DNA of 64,000 bases from Opitutales bacterium (GTDB taxonomy: Bacteria > Verrucomicrobiota > Verrucomicrobiia > Opitutales > JABSRG01). The stretch spans positions 53,988-117,987 of the forward strand of contig JBMYOQ010000006.1 in assembly GCA_049599475.1 (NCBI GenBank). The letters are read 5' to 3'. This document shows, one piece after another, positions 1 through 9,983 of the stretch. The first letter of the stretch is position 1. Each line of letters starts with the position of its first letter. Below the pieces are notes generated by a model. It searched no databases. It saw only the letters and a program-made list of their open reading frames with translations, and was not told the origin of the DNA. Made by a program: the position numbers and the translations under genes.

Positions 1-1689
1 GACCCGAAGCGTCCTTTTTCATCCATCGTTGTAGATGGTAACGATCGTGCCCCGGCGCGTTCAATGTTGCGGGCAACAGGATTTACCGACGAGGACTTCA
101 AAAAACCTCAAGTCGGGATCGCAAGCACCTGGAGTGATTTGACTCCGTGTAACATGCATATCAACGAGCTGGCGGAGGCCGCTGGAACAGGTGTGGATGA
201 CGCAGGGGGCAAACCCGTGACTTTTGGAACGATCACCGTATCAGATGGTATTTCCATGGGCACACAGGGCATGCGTTACAGCCTGGTATCTCGCGAGGTG
301 ATTGCTGATTCGATTGAGACGGTGACTGCTGCTGAAGGCTTTGATGGCCTTATCGCGATCGGGGGCTGTGATAAAAACATGCCGGGCTGTATGATTGCCA
401 TTGCGCGCCTCAATCGCCCGTCTGTTTTTGTGTATGGTGGAACGATCCTTCCTGGCCTGCACCGCGAAAAGGCAGTCGATATCGTATCGATCTTCGAAGC
501 TGTAGGTCAGCACGCGAAGGGCGAAATCGACGACGCTGAGCTCAAGGAAGTAGAGAAAACGTGTATCCCTGGCCCAGGTTCTTGTGGCGGTATGTATACG
601 GCGAATTCTATGGCTTCGACCATTGAAGCACTGGGTATGAGTCTTCCGGGAAGCAGTGCTCAGCTCGCAGTCTCGAAGGACAAGCGCGAGGATTGTCGCG
701 CTGCCGGTGCTGCGGTCTTGAAGCAGATCGAGATGGGGCTCAAGCCACGTGATATTTTGACCCGTAAGGCCTTCGAAAATGCGATCACGGTCGGTATCGC
801 GCTTGGGGGCTCGACAAACATTGTCCTTCACCTGCTTGCTATTGCACATGCCGCTGGAGTGGACGTGACGATTGATGACTTTGAAGAGATTGGTGAGCGC
901 ATTCCGCTTCTCTGCGATGTGAAGCCATTTGGCCGCTACAACATGAGCCACCTAATCCGGATCGGAGGCATTCGCCCGCTCATGAAGGAGCTGCTTGATC
1001 GTGGCCTTCTTCACGGGGATGCGATGACGTGCACCGGCAAGACTTTGGCAGAATCGCTCGAAGGGGTTCAGCCTTACCCGGCTTATCCTTCGGAGCAGGA
1101 CATTGTGCGCCCATGGGATGACCCGATTAAGTCCACATCTCACCTCCGCATTCTCCGTGGTAACTTGGCTCCGACCTGTGCGGTTGGAAAGATTACCGGT
1201 AAAGAAGGGCTCTACTTTAAGGGCACTGCTAAGGTTTACGAAGGTGAAGAAGATGCGCTTCAGGGTATTTTGCGCGGTGATGTCGTCTCGGGCGATGTTG
1301 TTGTTATTCGCAATGAAGGCCCGGTCGGGGGCCCCGGTATGCGTGAAATGCTTTCGCCTACAAGTGCTGTTGCCGGACGCGGTTTGATCAAAGAAGTAGC
1401 CTTGATCACTGACGGTCGTTTCTCGGGAGGCAGCCATGGATTTGATGTCGGCCACATCACCCCAGAGGCCGCCAACGGCGGACCGATCGGGATTGTGAAA
1501 TCGGGCGATACCATCGAGATCGATGCGGAAAAAAACAGCATTAACCTGCTCATTCCTGATGACGAATACGCCGCGCGGATGGAAGCTTTCACAGGCTCCG
1601 GAAGCCCAGAAAAACTGGGTGTCTTGGGCAAGTATGCAAAGCTCGTCGCTTCCGCCTCCGAAGGCGCTGTAACGGATAAGGGCCTATAA
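1..1689 (+). CDS. ilvD: Dihydroxy-acid dehydratase (5' end lies at or before the window start)
   Basis: Frame is open from base 1 (DPKRPFSSIVVDGNDRAPARSMLRA...). IlvD motifs PCNMH, GCDKNMPG, CGGMYTANSM, GPGMREML, TDGRFSGG. Confidence 0.97.
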   Translation, partial: DPKRPFSSIVVDGNDRAPARSMLRATGFTDEDFKKPQVGIASTWSDLTPCNMHINELAEAAGTGVDDAGGKPVTFGTITVSDGISMGTQGMRYSLVSREVIADSIETVTAAEGFDGLIAIGGCDKNMPGCMIAIARLNRPSVFVYGGTILPGLHREKAVDIVSIFEAVGQHAKGEIDDAELKEVEKTCIPGPGSCGGMYTANSMASTIEALGMSLPGSSAQLAVSKDKREDCRAAGAAVLKQIEMGLKPRDILTRKAFENAITVGIALGGSTNIVLHLLAIAHAAGVDVTIDDFEEIGERIPLLCDVKPFGRYNMSHLIRIGGIRPLMKELLDRGLLHGDAMTCTGKTLAESLEGVQPYPAYPSEQDIVRPWDDPIKSTSHLRILRGNLAPTCAVGKITGKEGLYFKGTAKVYEGEEDALQGILRGDVVSGDVVVIRNEGPVGGPGMREMLSPTSAVAGRGLIKEVALITDGRFSGGSHGFDVGHITPEAANGGPIGIVKSGDTIEIDAEKNSINLLIPDDEYAARMEAFTGSGSPEKLGVLGKYAKLVASASEGAVTDKGL

Positions 1690-1804
1690 GTCCTCGATAC
1701 TGTCACATTAAACCTTTTAACTTCCAGCTAATTGCAGATTGGCGGGGCATCTCCACAACCTCCAATTCTCTCTCAGCAATTAAACATTACTAACACTGAT
1801 ACCT

Positions 1805-3385
1805 ATGTCTTGGGACCGCTTCCAAAAAGAATACCTTCACCTTGATGAGCTTGGCTTCGCCATCGACACCAGTCGCATGGATTTTGCAGATGATTTCTTC
1901 GCATCGATGGAGGGCAAGTGGACCGCAGCTTCAAAAGCTATGGCAGAACTTGAGGGGGGCGCGATTGCGAACCCTGATGAAGAGCGCATGGTGGGGCACT
2001 ACTGGTTGCGTGCACCAGAGCTGGCCCCGAGTGCGGATTTGACTGCGGATATCAAGGCTGCGGTAAAGCAGATTCACGACATCGCGGCAGGCGTTCACTC
2101 GGGTGAAATCGCCGGAGCGGACGGTGCTTTTGAAAACATCCTTATCATCGGTATTGGCGGTTCGGCATTGGGGCCGCAGTTCGTCGCGCAAGCTCTCGGC
2201 CATCCATCCGAGGACAAGATGGGTGTTTATTTCTTTGATAACACCGACCCTGAAGGCATCGACTTGGTCCTCGCTTCACTGAGCGGTAAGCTGTCGAAGA
2301 CATTGAGCATCGTGATCTCAAAGTCTGGTGGCACGCCTGAAACACGCAACGGCATGCTCGAGGCTAAGGCAGCCTATGAGGCCCTGGGGCTGGATTTCGC
2401 AAAGCACGCGATCGCTATCACCGGAGAGGGCTCAAAGCTCGACAAAGTTGCTGAATCCGAAGGCTGGATCGCGCGCCTCCCAATGTGGGACTGGGTCGGC
2501 GGTCGTACTTCTGAGTTGGCTACTGTTGGATTGCTTCCAGCTGCACTCCAAGGTCTCGACATCGATAGCCTTCTCGCGGGTGCCGCGAAAATGGACATCG
2601 CCACACGTGGAGCGGATTATAACACAAACCCTGCGGCTCTGTTGGCTCTATCTTGGTATCACGCGACGAACGGTAAGGGCGAAAAGGACATGGTTATCCT
2701 TCCTTACAAAGATCGCTTGATGCTCTTCTCAAAATATCTCCAGCAGCTCGTTATGGAGTCTCTGGGTAAGGAGAAGGATCTCGATGGTGAGACTGTCCTG
2801 CAAGGTATTGCGGTATATGGAAACAAGGGATCTACCGATCAGCACGCATATGTGCAGCAGTTGCGTGAAGGTGTGCCTAATTTCTACGCAGTTTTCATCG
2901 AGGTGCTCAAGGACCGCGCAGGTGAGTCTATCGAAGTGGAGCCTGGCATCACTACCGGTGACTACTTGCATGGCTTCCTTCTCGGAACACGCGATGCTCT
3001 TTACGAAACCGGTCGCCAGTCGGTGACACTTACAGTCGAGTCAGTGACTCCCGAAACTGTGGGTATGCTCATCGCTCTCTTCGAGCGTGCCGTCGGGTTC
3101 TATGCTTCATTCGTAAACATCAATGCTTACCACCAGCCAGGTGTTGAAGCTGGCAAGAAGGCAGCGGCATCTGTCCTCGATCTTCAGAAGGCTTTGGTCG
3201 CGAATCTGCCGACTGCAGAGGCCGATGCAATTAGTGCTGAAGAGCTCGCAAAAGCGGCTGGAATGCCCGAGATGGCGGAAACTGCCTTCAAGTTGCTCAA
3301 TAGATTGGCGACAAATCCGTTAAACAATGTAAAAATCATCTTGGAAAGTCCGGTAACATCGTCCACATTCTTTAGACTCTGTTAA
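1805..3385 (+). CDS. pgi: Glucose-6-phosphate isomerase
   Basis: [52 protein letters not shown]. Confidence 0.96.
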   Translation: MSWDRFQKEYLHLDELGFAIDTSRMDFADDFFASMEGKWTAASKAMAELEGGAIANPDEERMVGHYWLRAPELAPSADLTADIKAAVKQIHDIAAGVHSGEIAGADGAFENILIIGIGGSALGPQFVAQALGHPSEDKMGVYFFDNTDPEGIDLVLASLSGKLSKTLSIVISKSGGTPETRNGMLEAKAAYEALGLDFAKHAIAITGEGSKLDKVAESEGWIARLPMWDWVGGRTSELATVGLLPAALQGLDIDSLLAGAAKMDIATRGADYNTNPAALLALSWYHATNGKGEKDMVILPYKDRLMLFSKYLQQLVMESLGKEKDLDGETVLQGIAVYGNKGSTDQHAYVQQLREGVPNFYAVFIEVLKDRAGESIEVEPGITTGDYLHGFLLGTRDALYETGRQSVTLTVESVTPETVGMLIALFERAVGFYASFVNINAYHQPGVEAGKKAAASVLDLQKALVANLPTAEADAISAEELAKAAGMPEMAETAFKLLNRLATNPLNNVKIILESPVTSSTFFRLC

Positions 3386-3414
3386 CCTCCACACTATCCT
3401 AACCTACCCCTATC

Positions 3415-4227
3415 ATGAAGATACTGTCCATTCTGTTCACAGTACTCGCACTTGTCGCCGCCGGCGGATCTGGCGGCGTATATTTCCTAACTAAGGGAAA
3501 ACTCGAAGAAGCGAATGCTGAATTAAAATCGACTCGTGGTTCATTGGACACTGCTCAGGACGAGCTTGGGAAGGCAAAGACTCAGATTCTATCTACTGAG
3601 CAGCTCCTCAAGAATACGCGTTCCGAGTTGGCAGACGCAAAACAGCAAAGCTCTTCTTTGAGCCGCAAATTGGTGTCACTCCAAACCACAGCCCAGGAAG
3701 CCCAAGACAAGATCACTTCGCTCGAAGGTCAGGTGTCTGAAGCTCAAAAAGACAACGCAAATCTCCGTAAGGAACTTTTGACTCGTGCGAATGCGCAACC
3801 CGAAGACAACGGGGGTGCGAGTGCAGAAGAGGTAGAAGCCTTCAAGACTGAGATCGCTGAATTGGAAGAGAAAGTTTCTTCTCTCGAATCTCAGATGGCA
3901 AGCGGCGCGGTTGCTCCAAGTCCTGCTGTAATGGCTGCGGCGAGCCCCAATTCTGGCGCTTCTGCATCCTTCAGCACAGTGCCCACGGGCAACATCGAAG
4001 GCACAATTGCTCGCGTAAATTCTCAGTCTGGAATTTTGGTCCTGGCTAAGGGAAGCGATCACGGGATCCAGCCAAACGGCGAATACACCTTGAAGAAGAG
4101 TGGTTATGTTCTCGCTAAGGTGAGAGTTACTAAACTGACTCCTGACCACACGGTGGCGACAATCATTCCTAATATCGGTATTCCAAATAGCTTGCGCATC
4201 GGTGATTCAGTAGACATCACTCGATAA
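3415..4227 (+). CDS. Membrane-anchored coiled-coil protein with C-terminal beta-barrel-like domain
   Basis: N-terminal hydrophobic helix, long heptad-rich segment, C-terminal domain GILVLAKGSDHGI. Confidence 0.75.
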   Translation: MKILSILFTVLALVAAGGSGGVYFLTKGKLEEANAELKSTRGSLDTAQDELGKAKTQILSTEQLLKNTRSELADAKQQSSSLSRKLVSLQTTAQEAQDKITSLEGQVSEAQKDNANLRKELLTRANAQPEDNGGASAEEVEAFKTEIAELEEKVSSLESQMASGAVAPSPAVMAAASPNSGASASFSTVPTGNIEGTIARVNSQSGILVLAKGSDHGIQPNGEYTLKKSGYVLAKVRVTKLTPDHTVATIIPNIGIPNSLRIGDSVDITR

Positions 4228-4228
4228 C

Positions 4229-4393
4229 ATGCCTTTTCTAAAAACTCTTTTCAAAATCGCGCTACTGGCCTTCGCGGCCTTGGGACTCAATGGCTGTTTC
4301 GACGCCTCAGCAGACGATTCTCAGATCCCTTGGGGACGTCCCGCTGAGTTTGAAAACAGAGGCCCAGGAATGGGACCAGGAAGTACCTACTAA
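4229..4393 (+). CDS. Small lipoprotein, 54 aa (below the ORF-track cutoff)
   Basis: MPFLKTLFKIALLAFAALGLNGCFDASADDSQIPWGRPAEFENRGPGMGPGSTY. Lipobox LNGC, starts 1 nt after the upstream stop and is followed by a terminator. Confidence 0.8.
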   Translation: MPFLKTLFKIALLAFAALGLNGCFDASADDSQIPWGRPAEFENRGPGMGPGSTY

Positions 4394-4397
4394 TTTC

Positions 4398-4430
4398 AAA
4401 ACCGGTTCACGCAAGTGAGCCGTTTTTTTT
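4398..4430 (+). terminator. Rho-independent terminator
   Basis: CGGTTCAC-GCAA-GTGAGCCG stem-loop followed by T8. Confidence 0.85.
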
Positions 4431-4562
4431 GCGTACCGATGCGAGTTAGGCGCTTTCTCGTCTATTTTGATGGCTAAAGCAGGGCGAACTTGTCCCGGCG
4501 ATACCGATTTCGAAATTTAATGATCCCTTAAGTACATGGCTATCTTTGTTAGATCCAGTATG

Positions 4563-4709
4563 ATACCGTTTCGCAAATTGCCATGAGCAAAAGGTAGCGC
4601 GCTTCGTCCTCGAAGCGCATTGCGTTTAAGCCGACCCTCAGGCCCTAATGCGGATCGAGACGATCCGCGCTACCTTTTTCATTTAATCAGGCCTTTCGCG
4701 AACCGGTAT
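4563..4709. mobile_element. MITE-like cassette: terminal inverted repeats enclosing an inverted GTAG-REP doublet
   Basis: ATACCGTTTCGCAAA (4563) ... TTTCGCGAACCGGTAT (4709). Inside: GGTAGCGCGCTTCGTCCTCGAAGCGC (4593-4618) and inverted GCGGATCGAGACGATCCGCGCTACC (4650-4674). Confidence 0.6.
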
Positions 4710-4744
4710 GAGAGGTGGTTGAGCGGGCTCCCTAGGCTCACAGT

Positions 4745-4770
4745 GGCTGCCTCGGAGATTCAGCCCTACC
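4745..4770 (-). repeat. GTAG-type REP (ATCTCCGAG family)
   Basis: Reverse complement GGTAGGGCTGAATCTCCGAGGCAGCC, same core as copies at 9830, 44833 and 63810. Confidence 0.7.
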
Positions 4771-4913
4771 ACTCGCTCTTTGAGAGTGTGGATTTGTCAG
4801 AATAAAGGAAAGCACTCATGAGGAGCGGCCGATAAAGAGTCTCAAGTATGAATCGATGTCTGTCTTGAGCCCGCAATGATCCAGCGGAGGTGCCGAGCCT
4901 GGTGAAAGCGGGC

Positions 4914-5624
4914 CTAGTCAATATACACGACGCAGCCAGTGACATCGCAAAAGTGCGGCGTGCCGTGTGTTTTGGCCTCAGAAATTAGCTCATTGGAGAC
5001 TTTGAGGTGGCTACGTTTACAAACGCCGCCCTCGATGGGAGCGACGTAGGGAGGGCGGTTTTTAAGATTTACCTTAGCCTGATTGTAAGCGCGTAGAAAT
5101 TTTTGAGACACGGGTCCCAGGGCGTCTTCGTATCTAGCCTCGGCTTCGGTGAGCTCTTCTTTCAGGGCTTTTTCGGCCTCTTTTGCCTGGGAAATCTGGG
5201 TGTCCAGGGCCGCTATCTCATCATCGAAGGTGCCTTCGATGGCCTTGAGCTTCTCAGCCTCCACATCAATTTGCTCCATTACTTCGAGTTCTTCTGTCTC
5301 GAGGTCGCTGATTTTTCCTTGTGTGGTCTCTATTTCGTGGGTGAGGGCCTGGTATTCCTCGTTTTTCTTTACCGAAAGCTGCTGGTTTTTGTATTTTGTG
5401 ATCTGCGCTTCGCTGCCAGCGATTTCGTTCTCCAGCGTTTTGCGCTGGGCCTCTAGGCTGCGCAAGGTCTGTTTCGCTTCGTCGAAGCGATCTCGTGCAG
5501 CCTGCTTCTCTGACTCGACCTCTTTGATTTTAACAGGAATGGCCTGGAGTTCTTTGTTGATCTCGTCCCGCTTGAGCTCGCGGGCTTGAAGAGTGAGCAA
5601 ATTTTGCACTTCGGGGTCGATCAT
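4914..5624 (-). CDS. Coiled-coil protein with degenerate C-terminal zinc ribbon (CT398/HP0958-like)
   Basis: Long coiled coil with KKNEEYQALTHEI. C-terminus VCKRSHLKV...FCDVTGCVVY. Confidence 0.85.
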   Translation of the reverse strand: MIDPEVQNLLTLQARELKRDEINKELQAIPVKIKEVESEKQAARDRFDEAKQTLRSLEAQRKTLENEIAGSEAQITKYKNQQLSVKKNEEYQALTHEIETTQGKISDLETEELEVMEQIDVEAEKLKAIEGTFDDEIAALDTQISQAKEAEKALKEELTEAEARYEDALGPVSQKFLRAYNQAKVNLKNRPPYVAPIEGGVCKRSHLKVSNELISEAKTHGTPHFCDVTGCVVYID

Positions 5625-5717
5625 CAGGTAAACAGGCTTGGAAATAGCGCCCCTAATGACAATCGGAAAACTCGAATTTGGCGTGCTTTTTGCCTATTGG
5701 AGTCATCGCAAGGATCG

Positions 5718-5745
5718 TTGACACGATATTGTGACAAGCCATACT
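5718..5745 (+). promoter_or_regulatory. Sigma70-like promoter for accA (very short leader)
   Basis: TTGACA-N16-CATACT, with the ATG 10 nt after the -10 box. Confidence 0.5.
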
Positions 5746-5755
5746 CCGCCAGCTC

Positions 5756-6730
5756 ATGGATACTGCAGCCACTTTTTCTCTAGAATTTGAAAAGCCGATT
5801 CGCGACTTGATCGAGCAACTCGATCGCCTAGTGCAGATTTCACAGGAAAACGAAATCGATGTCTCTCTGGAGATTCAGGCTATCGAGCGAAAGATCGAAA
5901 CGACTAAGAAAGAAGTCTACGCGAACATGGACCCATGGCAGCGTGTTCAGATGGCTCGCCACATCCAGCGCCCGTACTCTTTGGACTATATCGGTGCCCT
6001 GTTTGAAGATTTCCAGGAGCTGCATGGAGACCGACGCTTCAGCGACGATGCTGCTATTGTCGGTGGGCTCGCACAGTTTGAGGGCCAGTCTGTGATGGTT
6101 ATCGGTCAACAGAAAGGCCGAAACACAAAGGAAAATCTGTTGCGCAATTTCGGTTGTGCGAATCCTGAGGGCTATCGCAAGGCTCTGCGCTTGATGAAGC
6201 TTGCCGAAAAATTCCAGCTTCCAGTGATCACGTTTATCGATACTCCGGGAGCTTATCCGGGGATTGGTGCTGAGGAACGCCACGTTGCCGAAGCCATCGC
6301 CTTGAACATCATGGAGATGAGTGCTTTGAAGACACCGATTATCTCGGTTGTGATTGGAGAAGGCGGTTCCGGCGGAGCGCTCGGTATGGCGGTAGCCGAT
6401 GTGGTGCTTGTGCTCGAGAATGCGTGGTATTCTGTGATTTCTCCTGAAGGGTGTGCGGCTATTCTCTGGAAGGATCGTGCGAAAGCCAAGGATGCGGCGG
6501 CTGCTCTCAAAGTGAATGCGCAGCACGTGAAAGAATTTGAGATAGCAGATGATATAATTCCTGAGCCGCTCGGAGGCGCGCATCATGATCCGCAAGCTGT
6601 CTATGATGCTCTACGTAAGCGTCTCACATCTGATTTGAAAGCGCTTCAGCGCAAGAAGGTAGCCACCCTCTTGGATCATCGTTATAAACGCTATCGCAAG
6701 CTCGGCCCCTTCGAAGAAGCAGGGGTTTAA
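5756..6730 (+). CDS. accA: Acetyl-CoA carboxylase carboxyltransferase alpha
   Basis: ELHGDRRFSDD, PEGYRKALRLM, IDTPGAYPGIGAEER, GEGGSGGAL. Confidence 0.97.
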   Translation: MDTAATFSLEFEKPIRDLIEQLDRLVQISQENEIDVSLEIQAIERKIETTKKEVYANMDPWQRVQMARHIQRPYSLDYIGALFEDFQELHGDRRFSDDAAIVGGLAQFEGQSVMVIGQQKGRNTKENLLRNFGCANPEGYRKALRLMKLAEKFQLPVITFIDTPGAYPGIGAEERHVAEAIALNIMEMSALKTPIISVVIGEGGSGGALGMAVADVVLVLENAWYSVISPEGCAAILWKDRAKAKDAAAALKVNAQHVKEFEIADDIIPEPLGGAHHDPQAVYDALRKRLTSDLKALQRKKVATLLDHRYKRYRKLGPFEEAGV

Positions 6731-6879
6731 GGATTCGATTGCGCTCTTGTGAAGGGCGGGCGAATCAAGTTTTTCATTTCGTGCTGAAAGGCCGGGTGAT
6801 GCTGGATTTGAGCGACACTGTTTAAATCTGCATTCGACTTCGGTCTTTCTTTTTGCATACCGGCTGCTAGGAGGCACTC

Positions 6880-7773
6880 ATGGATATTTTGCAGCAGCTG
6901 ATTGATCAGTTTAAGGTTATCTGGACATTAGAGCTCTATAAGAGCGGAGATTCCGTCATTTACATGAATCAGCTCGTGATTGCGTTGGTCGTGACAGTGA
7001 TCGGTCTCTCGATTGCCAAAAAGCTTTCTCATCTGATTGCGAATCGCATTGGCAAAGTAGCCAAGCTCACGGAAAACACCGTTCACCTGATCCAGCGGTT
7101 GACCTTCTATTTTATCGATATCCTGGTCATCCTGATAGCGCTGCCGATCGCGGGGATTCCGATCACGATTTTCGCGGTAATGGGTAGTGCCTTTGCGATC
7201 GGTATTGGTTTTGGTGCGCAGAACCTTTTTAGAAACCTAATCTCGGGTTTCATCATAATGTTTGAGAAGCCCATCCGGATTGGTGACATTGTCGAAATCG
7301 GTGACGTCGAGGGGCGTGTTCAGGAAATCGGAAACCGAACAATCTTAGTAAAGCGCTCTGATGGTGTAGACCTCGTCGTCCCCAATCACTACTTCATCGA
7401 CGAAATTGTTGTGAATTGGACGCGGGAAGACGGCGCGGTGCGCGCGACACTTCTTGTCGGTGTCGCCTATGGTTCACCGGTTGCCAAAGTGCGTGAGCTT
7501 CTCTTGAGAGTCGCCAATGAGAACCCGAAGGTGCTTCAGGAGCCGCGGCCACCAGAAGTGCTTTTTGCGGATTTTGGAGATAACGCCCTGGGGTTTGAGC
7601 TCCATTTTTGGTCAAACATCGTGCGACCGATGGATCGCCGCCGCGTCATGTCTGAGCTACGTTTCGAGATAGATCGCTTATTCAATGATGCGGGCATTGT
7701 CATATCCTTCCCGCAACGCGATGTGCACTTGGATACCTTGAAGCCCTTAGAGGTGAAAATGGTGAAAGAGTAG
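6880..7773 (+). CDS. Small-conductance mechanosensitive channel (MscS family)
   Basis: GIGFGAQNLFRNLISG, PIRIGDIVEIG, GVAYGS, ISFPQRDVH. Confidence 0.92.
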   Translation: MDILQQLIDQFKVIWTLELYKSGDSVIYMNQLVIALVVTVIGLSIAKKLSHLIANRIGKVAKLTENTVHLIQRLTFYFIDILVILIALPIAGIPITIFAVMGSAFAIGIGFGAQNLFRNLISGFIIMFEKPIRIGDIVEIGDVEGRVQEIGNRTILVKRSDGVDLVVPNHYFIDEIVVNWTREDGAVRATLLVGVAYGSPVAKVRELLLRVANENPKVLQEPRPPEVLFADFGDNALGFELHFWSNIVRPMDRRRVMSELRFEIDRLFNDAGIVISFPQRDVHLDTLKPLEVKMVKE

Positions 7774-7798
7774 AAGATTGTTCAAATTTCAATGCCGC

Positions 7799-7830
7799 TT
7801 GACTTTTGGCGACCGACCGATTGGTTGGTT
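7799..7830 (+). promoter_or_regulatory. -35 box plus putative TetR operator (autoregulatory site)
   Basis: TTGACT followed 6 nt later by imperfect palindrome GACCGACCG-AT-TGGTTGGTT. Confidence 0.65.
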
Positions 7831-7832
7831 GT

Positions 7833-8387
7833 GTGCGTGATAAAATACTTCAAGCAGCCGAAGAGATTGTTCAGGCAAAAGGACTCGACGCGGTGAGCTT
7901 TCAGCAGCTGGCCAACTCTGTTGGTTTGAGCAAGGCGAGCGTGTTTCATCATTTCCGCACCAAGGAGGCTTTGGCGCAGGCACTCATTGGACAATGTCGC
8001 TCAAAATATGGTCTGGAATACGCGACTATCGCGGAGAAGGATAAAGCGGCCCCAAAGAAGCTTCGAAAGATTGCAAAGTCCTTCGATAAAAGCCTGAAGG
8101 AGAACCGTTTATGTCTGCTGGCCGCATTGGGATCTAGCTACACAACGTTGTCTCCGAATCTTCAGGAAGAGATGAGCAATACTGCGGAAGCTGCGATTGC
8201 GATCTTTGCGGGTGTCTTTGACCAGGGGCGTACAGAGAAGTCTTTGAAATTTAATGGTAGCTCCGAGGAGGCCGCACGATCATTTTTGGCGATGCTGCAG
8301 GGTATGCAGCAGATGGCTCGCTACTCCGGAGTCCCAGAGAATTTTATGGGTGCCGTGGATGCATATCTAAAAAATTTAGAGAAGTAG
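7833..8387 (+). CDS. TetR/AcrR (NemR-like) transcriptional regulator
   Basis: HTH RDKILQAAEEIVQAKGLDAVSFQQLANSVGLSKASVFHHFRTKE. GTG at 7833 preferred over the track start because 7806-7832 is the operator. Confidence 0.9.
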   Translation: MRDKILQAAEEIVQAKGLDAVSFQQLANSVGLSKASVFHHFRTKEALAQALIGQCRSKYGLEYATIAEKDKAAPKKLRKIAKSFDKSLKENRLCLLAALGSSYTTLSPNLQEEMSNTAEAAIAIFAGVFDQGRTEKSLKFNGSSEEAARSFLAMLQGMQQMARYSGVPENFMGAVDAYLKNLEK

Positions 8388-8394
8388 AAAAATT

Positions 8395-8426
8395 TTGACT
8401 AACTGTAACCGATCGGTCGATCGGTT
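8395..8426 (+). promoter_or_regulatory. -35 box plus putative TetR operator
   Basis: TTGACT followed 6 nt later by perfect palindrome AACCGATCG-GT-CGATCGGTT. Confidence 0.75.
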
Positions 8427-8440
8427 GTATTTTTGATTTT

Positions 8441-8971
8441 ATGAATACTAAAAAACTAAATTCTGGGGGAACGTTTCCCGAAATAGAGCTCCCCCTTGTT
8501 GGAGGAGGAACCGCCGTCCTTGGGCGCGCAGATGAAGTAGGCAAATGGCGTCTCGTTTTCGTCTACCGAGGACTGCATTGTCCGATTTGTCACAAATATC
8601 TGAAGAAGCTGGATTCCTTGCGGAATGGATTCGAGGAGGCGAATGCCGAGATCATTATCGTATCTGGGGATCCGCGCGAAAAAGCGGAGGCTATGGTGAG
8701 TGAAGAGGGTTTGAGCCTGAAAACTGCCTATGGACTCAGTGTTGAGCAGATGAAAGCACTCGGGCTTTGGATTTCTGAGCCGCGTTCACCACAGGAGACC
8801 GATCGGCCTTTCGCTGAGCCCGGCCTCTTTGGGATTAATGGAGACGGGCGCATTCACCTGATCGATCAATCGAATACACCCTTCAATCGTTCAGACCTCG
8901 CGGAGCTATTGGATACAGTGATCTGGATCCAAGAAAATGATTATCCAATCCGGGGGACTTTTGCTCAATAG
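8441..8971 (+). CDS. Peroxiredoxin-like AhpC/TSA family redoxin
   Basis: YRGLHCPIC (CxxC), RPFAEPGLF. Confidence 0.88.
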   Translation: MNTKKLNSGGTFPEIELPLVGGGTAVLGRADEVGKWRLVFVYRGLHCPICHKYLKKLDSLRNGFEEANAEIIIVSGDPREKAEAMVSEEGLSLKTAYGLSVEQMKALGLWISEPRSPQETDRPFAEPGLFGINGDGRIHLIDQSNTPFNRSDLAELLDTVIWIQENDYPIRGTFAQ

Positions 8972-8976
8972 CCCTT

Positions 8977-9573
8977 ATGAAAAACATATACATAATTAAT
9001 GCGCACCAGCCGTATCCATTTTCGGAAGGTAAATTGAATGCCAGTCTGGTTGCTAGGGCTGCAGGCTATCTCTCTGATCAAGGGTATGCTGTGAAAAGTA
9101 TCACAATGAAAGATACATACGATGTGGATACAGAGATTGAAAAACACATCTGGGCAGATGTTATCATTCTTCAGAGCCCCGTGAATTGGATGGGAGTGCC
9201 TTGGTCCTTTAAGAAATATATGGACGAGGTGTATTCCTATGGGATGGATGGTCGGCTGTGTTCTGGGGATGGTCGGACACGTCAAGACCCGACCAGGCAA
9301 TATGGACAAGGCGGATCTCTTGAGGGAAAGAAGTATGCGCTTTCACTGACATTCAATGCCCCGAAGGATAGCTTTAATGATCCTGACCAATATCTATTTC
9401 AAGGTAAGAGCGTAGATGATCTCTTTCTCCCGACACATATGAATTTCCGCTTTTTGGGGATGAGCCCATTGGAAACGTTTGCGTGTTATGATGTCATGAA
9501 AAATGGAGACATTGAAAATGACTTTACGCGGTTTGACGCGTATTTGAAAAAGCATTTTCCCAAGGTGCTTTAG
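8977..9573 (+). CDS. NAD(P)H-dependent quinone oxidoreductase (MdaB/flavodoxin-like fold)
   Basis: [45 protein letters not shown]. Confidence 0.88.
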   Translation: MKNIYIINAHQPYPFSEGKLNASLVARAAGYLSDQGYAVKSITMKDTYDVDTEIEKHIWADVIILQSPVNWMGVPWSFKKYMDEVYSYGMDGRLCSGDGRTRQDPTRQYGQGGSLEGKKYALSLTFNAPKDSFNDPDQYLFQGKSVDDLFLPTHMNFRFLGMSPLETFACYDVMKNGDIENDFTRFDAYLKKHFPKVL

Positions 9574-9606
9574 TATATACTGATTTCTAGCCATTTTTAT
9601 TGTTTT

Positions 9607-9687
9607 GGTAGGGCGAACTGTCTCGGTGATATATTGCAGGTGAGTCTAGTCTGCCGTGGCTTGCTCACCAAGACGGTTCGCCCTACC
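9607..9687. repeat. Inverted GTAG-REP doublet (REPIN-like)
   Basis: GGTAGGGCGAACTGTCTCGGTGA (9607) ... TCACCAAGACGGTTCGCCCTACC (9687). Degenerate relatives near 4479 and 59073. Confidence 0.75.
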
Positions 9688-9829
9688 GATATGTTTTGTA
9701 CCTATTCTTAAAAGTGTGTTCGCATTGAGCTCAAATTATAATCGTGAGTTTTCCGGGAGGGACGCTGTCCTCGACGGAGGCTTGCCGGAGATGGCGCAGC
9801 AATGGCGCTGCGATTAGGATGATGTCATC

Positions 9830-9916
9830 GGTAGCGGCCGATCTCCGAGCGGCCGAATGCTGCGTATCAGCTGGGCGAAATTGCTGTCTTCAACCGCTCG
9901 GAGATCGGTTGCTACC
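9830..9916. repeat. Inverted GTAG-REP doublet (REPIN-like), paralogue of 44833-44922
   Basis: GGTAGCGGCCGATCTCCGAGCGGCCG ... CAACCGCTCGGAGATCGGTTGCTACC. Confidence 0.8.
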
Positions 9917-9983
9917 CCATTTCTTCTCTAAGGGCAGCGCCATCTCCGCTGTCCTCAGCGTCCGCAGAGCCGATCGCAGCGAG

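Noticed and set aside
241..1706. Long antisense and alternate-frame ORFs over ilvD and other core genes
   Set aside because: Shadow ORFs overlapping well-supported genes, with no motifs of their own.
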